Part shown: positions 1-10,382 of the stretch, piece after piece
Layout of the letters: each line of letters begins with the position of its first letter
Numbering within the stretch: position 1 is the stretch's first letter
Assembly (NCBI GenBank): GCA_902515455.1
Contig: CABXUO010000004.1
Location: 1-58,545, forward strand
DNA: 58,545 nucleotides
Reading direction: 5' to 3'
Origin: an uncultured SAR86 cluster bacterium
GTDB lineage: Bacteria; Pseudomonadota; Gammaproteobacteria; Magnimaribacterales; D2472
The notes under the pieces: generated by a model
The model's database searches: none
What the model was told of the DNA's origin: nothing
What the model saw: the letters and a program-made list of their open reading frames with translations, nothing else
Program-made: the position numbers and the translations under genes

Positions 1-1
1 T

Positions 2-1141
2 GTGCTTGAATCTCAAGTTGATGGCATGATGCAAAATATTAAAAAAAGGTATTCGGAACAAGGAGCTGCTTTGCCACCCGATGAAGTGCTCTTAGAGCAA
101 GTCCATGAACGGTTAATTATTCAAGAATTACAACTCCAAATGGCTGACAGAGCTGGCATCCGAGTAAGTGATACTGAGCTTAATGCATCATTTCAAAATA
201 TTGCACAGAATAATCAATTAAGCTTGGAAGAGTTTATTGAAACAATTGAGTCTGAAGGCGAGTCTTATCAAGATTTAAGAGAACAAGTAAGAGAGGAAAT
301 GATCATTCAAAGAGTCCAAAGAGGAAGGGTCGGAAGAGAAGTTGATATAACTGAGCAAGAACTAAATGGATTTCTAGCAACTGAGGGAGTTATTAATCAA
401 TTGTCACCCGAGTTATTTGTGAGGCAGCTACTTGTATCTGATGAAAATCAAGCTTTAGAATTAATTCAAAAAATCAATAATGGTTCAGACTTTGCTGAGC
501 TAGCAAAGTCAAAATCTAAGAGCAATAATGCTTCTCAAGGTGGGGAAATGGGTTGGAGAAATTTAGGTGATATGCCTTCATTATTTGCTAACGCGCTTAA
601 AAATAAAAAGAAAGGTTTTGTTTCAGAGCCTCTGAAAGCTGGTTCTGGTTTTTATATTTTAAAGCTTGAGGATAAAAGAGGCGATTTAGTTAAATTTGAA
701 GAGCAATGGAATGTAAGACATATTCTTATGATGGAAACCAAGCTTAGAGATAAGATGTTTACTAAAAAAGAATTGGAAGATGTTAGAGATAGATTGCTAG
801 CAGGAGAAGATTTTAGTTTGCTTGCTAAAGAGTTTTCAGAGGATCCTGGCTCGGCATCACGAGGAGGTAATCTTGATTGGTTGAGTCTTGGAACAACAGC
901 TCCTGCATTTGAAAAAATGATGCTAGCATCTCCTATTGATGAAATATCACCTATTTTTGAATCAGAATTCGGTTTTCATTTTCTGCAAGTTCTCGATAAG
1001 CGAACAGAAGATCTAACTGAGGAAGTTATAAAAGACAGAGCCTATGGAATTTTATTTTCAAGAAAGTTTGATGAAGAACTTGAAAATACTCTCAGAACCA
1101 TTCGCTCTGAAGCATTTGTAGAATTCAAAGAATTAGATTGA
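2..1141 (+). CDS. surA: SurA periplasmic chaperone/PPIase (5'-truncated by window edge)
   Basis: Two parvulin domains (DFAELAKSKS...GGEMGW; VRHIL...DFSLLAKEFSEDPGS...GGNLDW...FGFHFL); lies upstream of pdxA-rsmA. Confidence 0.95.
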   Translation: MLESQVDGMMQNIKKRYSEQGAALPPDEVLLEQVHERLIIQELQLQMADRAGIRVSDTELNASFQNIAQNNQLSLEEFIETIESEGESYQDLREQVREEMIIQRVQRGRVGREVDITEQELNGFLATEGVINQLSPELFVRQLLVSDENQALELIQKINNGSDFAELAKSKSKSNNASQGGEMGWRNLGDMPSLFANALKNKKKGFVSEPLKAGSGFYILKLEDKRGDLVKFEEQWNVRHILMMETKLRDKMFTKKELEDVRDRLLAGEDFSLLAKEFSEDPGSASRGGNLDWLSLGTTAPAFEKMMLASPIDEISPIFESEFGFHFLQVLDKRTEDLTEEVIKDRAYGILFSRKFDEELENTLRTIRSEAFVEFKELD

Positions 1142-2124
1142 AACAATTACTTTACTCACCCGGCGAACCTGCAGGTATTGGTGTGGACTCAATCCTGCAC
1201 ATATCTAAGATTAAATTCTGGGAGGAAATGAATACAAATTTAATATGTCTTGCAGATAAAGACTTGCTTAGTTCAAGAGCAAAAGCACTAAATTTAAATC
1301 TTAAATTTGAAGAACTGCAATCTTTGAACAAGGCTGGGCAGAATAAAAAAGGCATTATTCAATTCTTTCAGGTAGCAAAATGCAAGGATTCAACTCCTGG
1401 TCAGTTAAATTATAAAAATGCGCAATATATTATTAAAAATCTTAATTTTGGAATTGATCAAGCCTTAAAAAATAAAAAAATTGGCTTGGTTACTGGTCCT
1501 ATACAAAAAAGCAATATTATTGAGGGTGGATTCAAATCTTTTCAAGGTCATACTGAATGGATTAAAAAGCATACTAGATCAAAAGAAGTTGTCATGCTGC
1601 TTGCAGCAAAAAATATAAAAGTAGCCCTCGCGACAACTCATATTCCTCTTGCAGAAGTGTCAAAAAATATTCAAAAGTTAAAGCTAGTGGAAATAATTAA
1701 AATATTAAATTCTGGTCTTAAAAGTAATTTTAAAATTAAAAATCCTACTATAAAAGTTCTTGGTTTAAATCCTCATGCTGGAGAAAATGGCAAAATTGGT
1801 AAAGAAGAATTATTAAAAATTAATCCTGCAGTAAAAATATGTAGGAAAATGGGAATTAATGTTTCTTATGCTAGGTCTGCAGATACAGCCTTCAATAGTG
1901 ATCAATTAAGAGAAACTGATGCGTATCTTGCTATGTATCATGATCAAGCGTTACCAGTGTTAAAAGCATTAAGCTTTGGAAAAGCCGTTAATATTACACT
2001 CGGTGCTCCCATAGTAAGAACTTCTGTTGATCATGGAACAGCGTTAGAAATTGCTGGCAAAATTCAACCAAACCTTGGATCAATTAAAGAAGCTATAAAG
2101 CTTGCTGAGATGCAGCTTCAATGA
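1138..2124 (+). CDS. pdxA: 4-hydroxythreonine-4-phosphate dehydrogenase
   Basis: GEPAGIG, GHTE, TTHIPL, GLNPHAGE, AMYHDQ, RTSVDHGTA motifs; TTG start. Confidence 0.97.
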   Translation: MKQLLYSPGEPAGIGVDSILHISKIKFWEEMNTNLICLADKDLLSSRAKALNLNLKFEELQSLNKAGQNKKGIIQFFQVAKCKDSTPGQLNYKNAQYIIKNLNFGIDQALKNKKIGLVTGPIQKSNIIEGGFKSFQGHTEWIKKHTRSKEVVMLLAAKNIKVALATTHIPLAEVSKNIQKLKLVEIIKILNSGLKSNFKIKNPTIKVLGLNPHAGENGKIGKEELLKINPAVKICRKMGINVSYARSADTAFNSDQLRETDAYLAMYHDQALPVLKALSFGKAVNITLGAPIVRTSVDHGTALEIAGKIQPNLGSIKEAIKLAEMQLQ

Positions 2125-2891
2125 GTGATAGATCTCGCAGACGAAAATTAGGTCAAAACTATCTAATCGATCCTGTAATTTTATTTGAGATTGAGCAAGC
2201 TATAAATCCCCAAAAAAATAATTTATTTTTTGAAATTGGTCCAGGCACAGGTGCCCTCACTGAGAAATTGGTTAGTCAAAATATAAAAATTATCGCAATG
2301 GATATTGATCAAAAAAATATAAATTTGCTTATGCAAAAATATGATGCTTCTAAACATCAATTTATTCATGGGGATATATTAAAAGAATCATTAAATTTTT
2401 TAGGTGCAAAAAAGCATAGAATCGTTGGAAATCTTCCATACAACATTTCTACTCAAATAATTTTAAAGTTAGTAAATTATTTTAATGCAATCGAGGATAT
2501 GCATTTTTTGGTACAAAAAGAAGTTGCTCATAGGATTTGCGCCTCAAATCATTCAGGGGACTGGGGCAGGCTTGGAGTCAAAATTTCTGTTTTTTTTCAA
2601 ACTGAAATACTCTTTGATGTTCCACCTGAATCTTTTGATATAAAACCAAAAGTTCAGTCTTCTTTTATAAGGTTAATACCTCGAACAACACCACTGATTT
2701 CAATGAACGAAAATATAAAGTTTTCTAAATTAGTAGATCACTCTTTTGCAAATAAAAGAAAGGGTATAAAGAATAATCTAAAAAAATTTAATATTGACTT
2801 TAAAAAGCTTACTATCAATCCGCTTGCAAGAGCAGAGGAGTTATCGATAGAGGAATTCATTTCAATTTTTAGAGCAATAAGAATTAAATGA
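2121..2891 (+). CDS. rsmA: 16S rRNA adenine dimethyltransferase KsgA/RsmA
   Basis: LGQNYL, EIGPGTGALT, GNLPYNIST, QKEVA, PKVQS. Confidence 0.97.
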   Translation: MSDRSRRRKLGQNYLIDPVILFEIEQAINPQKNNLFFEIGPGTGALTEKLVSQNIKIIAMDIDQKNINLLMQKYDASKHQFIHGDILKESLNFLGAKKHRIVGNLPYNISTQIILKLVNYFNAIEDMHFLVQKEVAHRICASNHSGDWGRLGVKISVFFQTEILFDVPPESFDIKPKVQSSFIRLIPRTTPLISMNENIKFSKLVDHSFANKRKGIKNNLKKFNIDFKKLTINPLARAEELSIEEFISIFRAIRIK

Positions 2892-3691
2892 GTACATACG
2901 TTATTGGTGATATACATGGTTGTTTTGATCAATTTGTAGATCTGCTTAATAAGATTAATTACAAAAAAGATGAAGATAAAATCATTCTAGTGGGTGACTT
3001 AGTAAATAGAGGTCCTGACTCTCTATCGGTTTTAAATTATTGTATGGCTGATTCCAACATTACTACGGTCTTGGGAAATCATGATCTATATTTGCTTTAT
3101 CTTTTGAGTATTAATAAAGCCAAAGGTAAATTAAAAGAAGTAATTAAGTCCGATAATAATAAAATTTTTGAATGGCTTATAAAAAAACCCTTTTTTATAG
3201 AATTTTTTGAACAATCATCTAAAAACACATTTTACATTACCCATGCTGGTATTCCTGAAATATGGTCACCAAGTAAAGCAAAGAAGCTTGCTTCAGAAAC
3301 ATCCTCAATGCTTAAAAAAGAGCCTTCGAAAATGCTTGAGATGATGTGGGGTGATGAACCTAATCGATGGGAGGATAAATTAGATGGTCAAGATAGATAT
3401 AGAATAATTATAAATTATCTAACAAGAATGAGATTTGTTGGGGATAATTGCACACTTGATATGAAAAACAAAGGTTTAAAACCGTCTAGAGGCTATAAAC
3501 CTTGGTTCAATTATAAATCTAAGTCTCATGAAAAAAATAAAGAATACTATATATTTGGCCATTGGGCAGCCTTGAATGGACGAACTAGGAATGATCACTT
3601 TATTGGCTTAGATACTGGCTGTGTATGGGGAAATAAACTTACTGCCATTAGATTAGAAGATAAAAAGCTATTTCAAGTAGAAGCAAAATGA
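2888..3691 (+). CDS. apaH: Symmetrical bis(5'-nucleosyl)-tetraphosphatase
   Basis: GDIHG, GDLVNRGP, LGNHD, HAG, FGHWAAL, LDTGCVWG; operon context. Confidence 0.96.
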   Translation: MSTYVIGDIHGCFDQFVDLLNKINYKKDEDKIILVGDLVNRGPDSLSVLNYCMADSNITTVLGNHDLYLLYLLSINKAKGKLKEVIKSDNNKIFEWLIKKPFFIEFFEQSSKNTFYITHAGIPEIWSPSKAKKLASETSSMLKKEPSKMLEMMWGDEPNRWEDKLDGQDRYRIIINYLTRMRFVGDNCTLDMKNKGLKPSRGYKPWFNYKSKSHEKNKEYYIFGHWAALNGRTRNDHFIGLDTGCVWGNKLTAIRLEDKKLFQVEAK

Positions 3692-4902
3692 GAATTTATA
3701 AAGTTGGTGGCGCTGTAAGAGATACCTTGCTAGGACTTGAGCCAACCGATAATGACTGGGTGGTAGTCGGTAGTACTCCTAAAGAAATGCTATCAATGGG
3801 TTACAAACAAGTTGGCAAAGATTTTCCAGTATTTCTTCATCCCGATACCAAAGAAGAATATGCGCTAGCTAGAAAAGAGAGAAGCACAGGACCAGGTCAT
3901 GCAGCATTCAACTTTAGTTATAGCGCGAATGTAACTCTTGAAGAAGATTTAAGCAGAAGAGACATTACGATTAATGCAATTGCAATGGATGATGCAGGTA
4001 ATCTAATTGATCCATTAAATGGCAAGGGCGATATAGAAAATAGAATTATTAGGCATGTATCAGATGCTTTTATTGAAGACCCTCTAAGGGTTTTAAGAGT
4101 GGCTAGATTTTATTCAAAATTAAAAGAATTAGGATTTAAAATACATGAATCAACTGAGGAGTTACTAAATCGACTTTTGCCTAGTATTATCCATCTGCCT
4201 GGGGAGAGAATTTGGCAAGAAACAGAAAAAGTACTTAAATCTAATAATCCTATTCCATATTTTGAACTATTGTATGCAACTTACTACAGCAGTAACTGGA
4301 GAAAAAATAATAATCCACTATTTAATTATGCTTTCGTTCCTGCAATTGATACTTGGATAAACACCATTAAAGTAAAGTTCTTCCATAGATTTCACGCGCC
4401 CAATTACATTAATCCTGAAGACTATTATCCTAATTCAATGGAGGGAGATTGGCGAATAAATCCTGGATTAAAAACTCCTCAAAGCTGGTGGGCCATAGTT
4501 GTATCTAATATTAAAACAAGAACTTATTTAGATGATTTAAATAAAAAGCTGAAGGTTCCTAATAGCTATAGAAGGATGTCAGAATTAGTATTTGATTTTA
4601 GAGAAAAATATTTTAGTAAATATAATGAGCTTGACTTCGAAAATAAAGTTAAGAGTTTATATAGATGCTTAGAGAGAATTCAACCATCCAAAGATTTAGA
4701 GTTTGCCACTTCTGTTACTTTTCTTGCTGCACACAATATTATTGGAGAAGATATTAATCTTTGGAGGCCTTTTCTAGAAAAATATTCTGAAATCCTTCCA
4801 ACTGACGAAGAAAAAAAATTAGATGGATCTAAAATTCAAGAAATTTTAGAAGAGAGAAAAATTAGACTTATTGAAGAAGAAATAAAGAAAGACATAGATT
4901 AA
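3688..4902 (+). CDS. cca: Class II tRNA nucleotidyltransferase (CCA-adding), no HD domain
   Basis: VGGAVRD, DNDWVV, VGKDFPVFLHP, EYALARKE, EDLSRRDITINA, EDPLRVLRVARF, ERIWQE. Confidence 0.92.
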   Translation: MRIYKVGGAVRDTLLGLEPTDNDWVVVGSTPKEMLSMGYKQVGKDFPVFLHPDTKEEYALARKERSTGPGHAAFNFSYSANVTLEEDLSRRDITINAIAMDDAGNLIDPLNGKGDIENRIIRHVSDAFIEDPLRVLRVARFYSKLKELGFKIHESTEELLNRLLPSIIHLPGERIWQETEKVLKSNNPIPYFELLYATYYSSNWRKNNNPLFNYAFVPAIDTWINTIKVKFFHRFHAPNYINPEDYYPNSMEGDWRINPGLKTPQSWWAIVVSNIKTRTYLDDLNKKLKVPNSYRRMSELVFDFREKYFSKYNELDFENKVKSLYRCLERIQPSKDLEFATSVTFLAAHNIIGEDINLWRPFLEKYSEILPTDEEKKLDGSKIQEILEERKIRLIEEEIKKDID

Positions 4903-4910
4903 AATAAATT

Positions 4911-5636
4911 ATGAAAACAATATTTGTAACTGGTGGAGCAAAAAGGATTGGTAAAGCAATTATTGAGCTTTTTGCTAAAGAACAATGGAAAGTTATCATC
5001 CATTACAATAAATCAAAGTCAGATGCAGAAGATCTTGCTTCAAAGATCAATTCAAATAATGATAATAGTGCGTTTATTGTTGGAGGTGATCTAGATAATG
5101 CTGAAGATGTCCAATCAATAATCTCATCAGTCAACAGTATCTCTGAGACATTAGATCTTTTAGTGAATAATGCCTCTACCTTTTACCCTACTCCTATTGA
5201 AGAAATTTCTAATGATCATTGGAATAGATTAATTGGAAGTAACCTAAAAGGACCTTTATTTTTAATTCAAGGTTTTAAAGAAAAATTAAAAAACTCAGAA
5301 GGCTCAATAATTAATATTACTGATACAAATCTTACAAAGGGAGTTGCTAATTTTTCAATATACTCTGCAGCAAAAGCTGGCCTTGAATCAATAACAAAGG
5401 GTTTAGCCAAAGAGCTTGCTCCTGAAATAAAAGTTAACGCGATTGCTCCAGGAGCAATGTTAGAACCACCAGATATTACTTGGACAGAGAATCAAAAAAA
5501 TAAAGTAATTGAATCTATTCCTCTCAAAAAAATGGGCGCTGAGCAGGATATTGCAGAAGCTGTATATTTTCTTGCTTGTGCAAATTATATAACCGGACAA
5601 ATTATTAAAATTGATGGGGGTAGATCTTTGACATGA
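4911..5636 (+). CDS. folM: Pteridine reductase / FolM-type SDR
   Basis: TGGAKRIG, NNASTFYPT, YSAAK; cca-folM-folK-folB neighbourhood. Confidence 0.85.
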   Translation: MKTIFVTGGAKRIGKAIIELFAKEQWKVIIHYNKSKSDAEDLASKINSNNDNSAFIVGGDLDNAEDVQSIISSVNSISETLDLLVNNASTFYPTPIEEISNDHWNRLIGSNLKGPLFLIQGFKEKLKNSEGSIINITDTNLTKGVANFSIYSAAKAGLESITKGLAKELAPEIKVNAIAPGAMLEPPDITWTENQKNKVIESIPLKKMGAEQDIAEAVYFLACANYITGQIIKIDGGRSLT

Positions 5637-6688
5637 AACCCGTTGATGGTGATATTTTCTCTGGAACAAAACCAGTTGATAACAAGCTAAAGTTCGCATC
5701 TTCTAAATTGCAGCCATGGATAGATGAATATGTTCCAAATGCAGGGAAGATAAATAAAATTGAACAATTCAAAGGCGGACAGTCCAATCCAACTTATAAA
5801 GTTGTTACTCAAAATAAAAATCTTGTCCTCAGGAGAAAGCCGCCAGGCATACTCCTGCCCTCAGCACATGCAGTTGATAGAGAATATAAAGTTATGACTG
5901 CCCTTGATAATACTAAGGTGCCTGTGCCCAAAACTTATGGTTTGTGTGAAGACGAAGATGTAATTGGAACTGCTTTTTTTGTTATGGACTTTCTAGATGG
6001 AAATATTTATTGGGATTTATTGCTCTCAGATAAATCACCAAAAGATACTATGGAAATTTATGCAAGTAAAAATAAAGTCATTGCAGAGTTACACAAAGTT
6101 GATTACAGCTCTGTTGGGCTTTCAGACTATGGCAAACCTGGAAATTACATTGCAAGACAGGTTTCAAGATGGACAAAGCAATATCTGGCCTCAGAAACAG
6201 AGAACATTCCGGCTATGAATAATTTAATCGATTGGCTGCCACCAAACATTCCTGATGAAGATGAAACATCAATCGTTCATGGAGATTACAGGCTGGATAA
6301 CATGGTTTTTAATGCTAGCAATAATGTGATGGGTGTCCTTGACTGGGAGCTTTCAACACTTGGACATCCTATTGCTGATTTTAATTATCATTGCATTAGC
6401 TGGAGAAACATACCCCAATTAGCTGATCATAAATTTTGTAGTGAAAATGGAATACCGACTGAAGAGGAATATAGAAATATGTATTCTAAGCATACTGGTA
6501 AAAAGTTAGATGAACACTGGGAGTTCTATACAATATTTAATATTTTTAAGCTTGCGGGAATTCTTCAAGGCATTATGGGCAGGGTAAGAGACGGAACCGC
6601 TGCAAGCAAGCATGCAGAAGAAAGAGGTAATCAGGTAGCTCCATTAGCAGAAGCAGCGTGGGATTTAGTAGAAAAAAATTATAAATAA
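5633..6688 (+). CDS. APH-family phosphotransferase (ACAD10/11 kinase-like)
   Basis: GGQSNPTY, LRRKPPG.LLPSAHAVDREY, HGDYRLDN, LDWELSTLGHP. Confidence 0.9.
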   Translation: MKPVDGDIFSGTKPVDNKLKFASSKLQPWIDEYVPNAGKINKIEQFKGGQSNPTYKVVTQNKNLVLRRKPPGILLPSAHAVDREYKVMTALDNTKVPVPKTYGLCEDEDVIGTAFFVMDFLDGNIYWDLLLSDKSPKDTMEIYASKNKVIAELHKVDYSSVGLSDYGKPGNYIARQVSRWTKQYLASETENIPAMNNLIDWLPPNIPDEDETSIVHGDYRLDNMVFNASNNVMGVLDWELSTLGHPIADFNYHCISWRNIPQLADHKFCSENGIPTEEEYRNMYSKHTGKKLDEHWEFYTIFNIFKLAGILQGIMGRVRDGTAASKHAEERGNQVAPLAEAAWDLVEKNYK

Positions 6689-6690
6689 AT

Positions 6691-7068
6691 CTACAGCAGT
6701 TCCTTTAATGGCTCAGAAACAAAACTATATTTTGCTATTTCGTCACTTTCAAAGAGTATCTCCTCTTCATCGTTTAACTGTAAAACTATATCTATGTCGA
6801 GAGTCCTAGCAGAAAATTTAGGAGCCTCTCTATTTCGACCAGCTGCGTCTTCAATGGACTTGAGCTTTTTATTAAGGGATTTAAAAGATAAAGGAGAAAT
6901 CCCGGAAATAACGAGATTAAGGAAGTCTTCACCCTCAAAGCCTTCTGCTTTTGTCTGATAGGTTCCAGAGCAATTCATTTCATCAAGAATTTTACCAAGA
7001 GCTCCAATAGCTAAATCTAAATTTTTCTGAGGCTCAATATTGCTTCCAAGGGAAAGAAAGTACTTCAT
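6691..7068 (-). CDS. folK: 2-amino-4-hydroxy-6-hydroxymethyldihydropteridine diphosphokinase (short form)
   Basis: LSLGSNI, FLNLV, IEDAAGR, RTLDIDI; coupled to folB. Confidence 0.92.
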   Translation of the reverse strand: MKYFLSLGSNIEPQKNLDLAIGALGKILDEMNCSGTYQTKAEGFEGEDFLNLVISGISPLSFKSLNKKLKSIEDAAGRNREAPKFSARTLDIDIVLQLNDEEEILFESDEIAKYSFVSEPLKELL

Positions 7069-7415
7069 TATCTATGAATGATGACTCCAACATCTTCAGC
7101 ATGTCGTAACGCACCCGGTTTTGAGATCCTCAACCTGATAGATGAATTTTTATATTGATCCTTAACGAGTTTAGCAATTCCCTCTGCTAGAGATTCTTGA
7201 AGCTGAAATGAAGACTCCTCAACAAACTTGATAATACTTTTTGTAATTTTTTTGTAGTCAATGGTATCTTCTATAGAGTCAGTTTTTGCAGCTTTTTTGC
7301 AATCAAAGGAAATTTCTAAGTCAATACTGACTTCTTGTCTTACCTCCCTTTCCCATCCAAAGATTCCGATAATCGTTTGAACTCTTAAATCTTTTATATA
7401 GATAATGTCTTTCAT
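7068..7415 (-). CDS. folB: Dihydroneopterin aldolase
   Basis: IIGIFGWER, TIDY, KPGAL..A..VGV.I.R. Confidence 0.95.
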   Translation of the reverse strand: MKDIIYIKDLRVQTIIGIFGWEREVRQEVSIDLEISFDCKKAAKTDSIEDTIDYKKITKSIIKFVEESSFQLQESLAEGIAKLVKDQYKNSSIRLRISKPGALRHAEDVGVIIHR

Positions 7416-7416
7416 T

Positions 7417-8415
7417 TCATTTTGTTTCTAGTGGCCAGCGTGATCTGGCATGAGAGTTTAATTTATGAGTTGCTCCATTGGCCTTAAGACTTCCTAAATA
7501 TGCAATCATAGCGGCATTATCCGTACAATGAGCTATTGGTGGATATAAAACCTTAATATTTAATGATTCTTGCAAATCTGTCATCTTTTTTCTAAGAAGT
7601 TTGTTAGCTGCAACACCTCCTGCCAAGATAATTCCCTCTCTTCCACTGTCCTCAAGAGCTTTCGATATCTTTTTTATTAATACTTCAGTAGCTGCATGCT
7701 GGAACGATGCACAGATGTCTGCTTTTATTTCATCATTAATTTTGTCTAAACCTTGAACGGCATATAGGACTGAAGTTTTCAGACCACTAAAACTAAAATC
7801 ATAATCGTTACTATTAAGCATTGGCTGGGGAAAGGTAAATTTTTTTGGATCACCTTTCTGCGCCATCTTTTCTATTTCTGGACCACCCGGATAACCCAAG
7901 CCAAGAAGTTTGGCAACTTTATCAAATGCTTCGCCAACCGCATCATCCCTTGATTGACCAAGAATTTTGTAATCATCTAGATTTCTCACATCAACAATCA
8001 ATGAGTGACCCCCAGAAACTAAAAGTGTTAAAAAGGGAAAATCCAATTTATCGCCACTTAGAAATGGAGCTACTAAATGACCTTCAAGGTGATTAACAGG
8101 TATTAATGGTTTATTTAATGAAAGAGCGAGGCCTTGAGCGAAATTTTCTCCAATAAGCAAGGTACCTAGCAAACCTGGTCCTGCTGTATATGCAATTTGA
8201 TCAATTGAATTAAGTGAAATATCACCTAGTGCTTGTCTGAAAATATATATTATTTTTTGACAATGATCCCTGGAAGCTAACTCAGGTATGACTCCACCAT
8301 ATTCAGCATGAATATCTATTTGAGAAAAAACTGCCTCGCCAACTAAACCTTTATCTGAGTCAAACAACGCTATCGCGGTCTCATCGCATGAAGTTTCAAT
8401 ACCTAACGTAATCAT
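7417..8415 (-). CDS. tsaD: tRNA N6-adenosine threonylcarbamoyltransferase
   Basis: GIETSCDET, GGVIPELASR, HLEGH, LVSGGH, DDAVGEAFDK, FSFSGLKT, TDNAAMIA. Confidence 0.98.
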   Translation of the reverse strand: MITLGIETSCDETAIALFDSDKGLVGEAVFSQIDIHAEYGGVIPELASRDHCQKIIYIFRQALGDISLNSIDQIAYTAGPGLLGTLLIGENFAQGLALSLNKPLIPVNHLEGHLVAPFLSGDKLDFPFLTLLVSGGHSLIVDVRNLDDYKILGQSRDDAVGEAFDKVAKLLGLGYPGGPEIEKMAQKGDPKKFTFPQPMLNSNDYDFSFSGLKTSVLYAVQGLDKINDEIKADICASFQHAATEVLIKKISKALEDSGREGIILAGGVAANKLLRKKMTDLQESLNIKVLYPPIAHCTDNAAMIAYLGSLKANGATHKLNSHARSRWPLETK

Positions 8416-8465
8416 AAAAAGTTTTTTGCATTCCCTCTATAAAAAGAATAAACTACAACGCAATT

Positions 8466-8684
8466 ATGCCTTCTATAATAATAAAAGATACAGAATACTT
8501 CGACGTTGGTCTTAGAAAATTCAAACGTGCTTGTGAAAAAGCTGCAATAGTTCCTGAAATTCGTGCAAGAGAATTTTATGAAAAGCCTACAGCTGTTAGA
8601 AAGAGAAAAATGGCAGCTGCTATAAAGCGCGCTCATAAAACCAATAGAAAATTTAGTTTCTCTAGGCAACGATCGTATCGCTAA
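8466..8684 (+). CDS. rpsU: 30S ribosomal protein S21
   Basis: [19 protein letters not shown]; divergent from tsaD. Confidence 0.97.
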   Translation: MPSIIIKDTEYFDVGLRKFKRACEKAAIVPEIRAREFYEKPTAVRKRKMAAAIKRAHKTNRKFSFSRQRSYR

Positions 8685-8685
8685 T

Positions 8686-9129
8686 TTGTCCCTTCTAGAC
8701 ACAATTAATCAAGATTTAAAAGCTGCAATGCTCAGCAAGGACGTTGTTACGCGTGATACTTTGAGAATGTTGATATCAGACATTAAAAAGTTTGAAATCG
8801 ATGAAAAAGTTGAGGCTGACGATGCAAAAATATCTAATTTAATAAATAAAAACGTTAAACAACGCAGGGACTCAATAGAACAATTTAAAAGTGGCGGGAG
8901 AGAAGACTTAGTTGCTACTGAGGAAGAGCAACTGAATGTAATATTAAAATACTTACCAGAGCAATTATCAGAAGAAGAAATTAGTAAACTAGTTCAAGAT
9001 GGAATTGCAGCTGTGTCTGCTGAAAGCATGAAAGATATGGGCAAACTTATGGGTCACCTCAAACCTATTTTTGAAGGGAAAGCAGATATGTCGATTGTCA
9101 GCAAGCTAGTTAAAGAACTTCTTAGTTAA
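8686..9129 (+). CDS. GatB/YqeY domain protein
   Basis: DLKAAM, KQRRDSIEQF..GGREDL, YLPEQLS, KDMGKLMG; follows rpsU. Confidence 0.93.
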   Translation: MSLLDTINQDLKAAMLSKDVVTRDTLRMLISDIKKFEIDEKVEADDAKISNLINKNVKQRRDSIEQFKSGGREDLVATEEEQLNVILKYLPEQLSEEEISKLVQDGIAAVSAESMKDMGKLMGHLKPIFEGKADMSIVSKLVKELLS

Positions 9130-9136
9130 GATCAAG

Positions 9137-10381
9137 CTAATGCTTGTAGGAAGAAGGCTTCTCTTCACTATTGGTATACCTTTCAGTTAATTTAGAAGAT
9201 CGTGAAGTTAGATCTTGCAATTCCCCTTCAATCATTACAATTTTAGGAAATGATGAAGGTTCTAATGGATCTCCATCCCAAACAATAATATCTGCAAATT
9301 TTCCAGATTCAATTGATCCTCTGTTATTAAGCTGGAAGGTTTTTGCAACTGTATCTGTCATACCTTGTATCGCAGTTTCATAAGACATCCCATGAGCAAC
9401 TGCATTTCCTGATCCTTGTCTCATAAGGTGATAGTTATGACTTCTTTGAGTGCTGAACATAATTGGAATGCCCGCCCCATCAAGAATTTTTCCAAGATTC
9501 AAGTTGGATCCAAGCTCATCAAATGAGTTTGGAATGTTATCCATAGGATCTATTATTACCGGAGTATTGCTTTCTTTGAGTTCATCTAAGACCATCGGAG
9601 CTTCCTCTACGCTTGCTAGGACAAGATTCAAAGAATACTTTTGCTTTATGGATAATGCTTGCAAGATGTCCACTGCTCTATTTGTTTCTAAAACAAATGG
9701 CATACCGCCATTGACAACTTTGCCTAGAGCAATAATATCTGCTGGCTGAAGTTCTAATTTTTCAGCCAAGGTCATATCTAAAATCTCATCGACGGTTGAA
9801 TTTTGGAATAACCTTCCTATTTCTAGTAATGATTCGAGAATTGCTAAAGTTTCTGCACGTGACTCATTAGAGCTACCTAATCTTCCAAACATAGCTATAT
9901 CTTTAGAACCTTTGACTTTAAGACTCCCATCAAGAACAAAATAAGACCCAAGACCAAAAATTGGAAAAGATGATGCGCTTGGAGTACTAATCGCACTGGT
10001 AACTCCATTGCTTCTATTCCAGGGAATACCGGTAGAATTTGGATTAAACGCATTAAAAATACTAAATCCTGCGCTTAAAATGTTTGATTCATCATCACGA
10101 GTTACATCTAAGGAGTTAATTTCAACTATCCCTAAATTACTCATCGGGGAAATCAATCCAGGAGTAACAGGCAATCCATTCACCTCAATAACTCTTGTGT
10201 TGCCATCAATTATTAAGTTCTTACCAACGCTAGCAATTCTATTATCAGAAATTAAAATATCTTTGGGTGTTGCGGGCTCTCCATTACCTAAATGAACCAA
10301 ACCACCTTTAAGCAAAATGGTTTCTGATGAAACATGAACTGTAAGAAGAAGTAACAATATGTTTTTTGAGAATCCTTTCAT
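9137..10381 (-). CDS. Exported amidohydrolase-family protein lacking metal ligands (probable pseudoenzyme)
   Basis: Signal peptide; VTPGLISPMSNLG in place of PGxIDxHSH; GSIESGKFADIIVWDGDPL. Confidence 0.8.
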   Translation of the reverse strand: MKGFSKNILLLLLTVHVSSETILLKGGLVHLGNGEPATPKDILISDNRIASVGKNLIIDGNTRVIEVNGLPVTPGLISPMSNLGIVEINSLDVTRDDESNILSAGFSIFNAFNPNSTGIPWNRSNGVTSAISTPSASSFPIFGLGSYFVLDGSLKVKGSKDIAMFGRLGSSNESRAETLAILESLLEIGRLFQNSTVDEILDMTLAEKLELQPADIIALGKVVNGGMPFVLETNRAVDILQALSIKQKYSLNLVLASVEEAPMVLDELKESNTPVIIDPMDNIPNSFDELGSNLNLGKILDGAGIPIMFSTQRSHNYHLMRQGSGNAVAHGMSYETAIQGMTDTVAKTFQLNNRGSIESGKFADIIVWDGDPLEPSSFPKIVMIEGELQDLTSRSSKLTERYTNSEEKPSSYKH

Positions 10382-10382
10382 G

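Noticed and set aside
8412-8702. 96-aa minus-strand ORF
   Set aside because: Shadow of rpsU, which is clearly the real gene.
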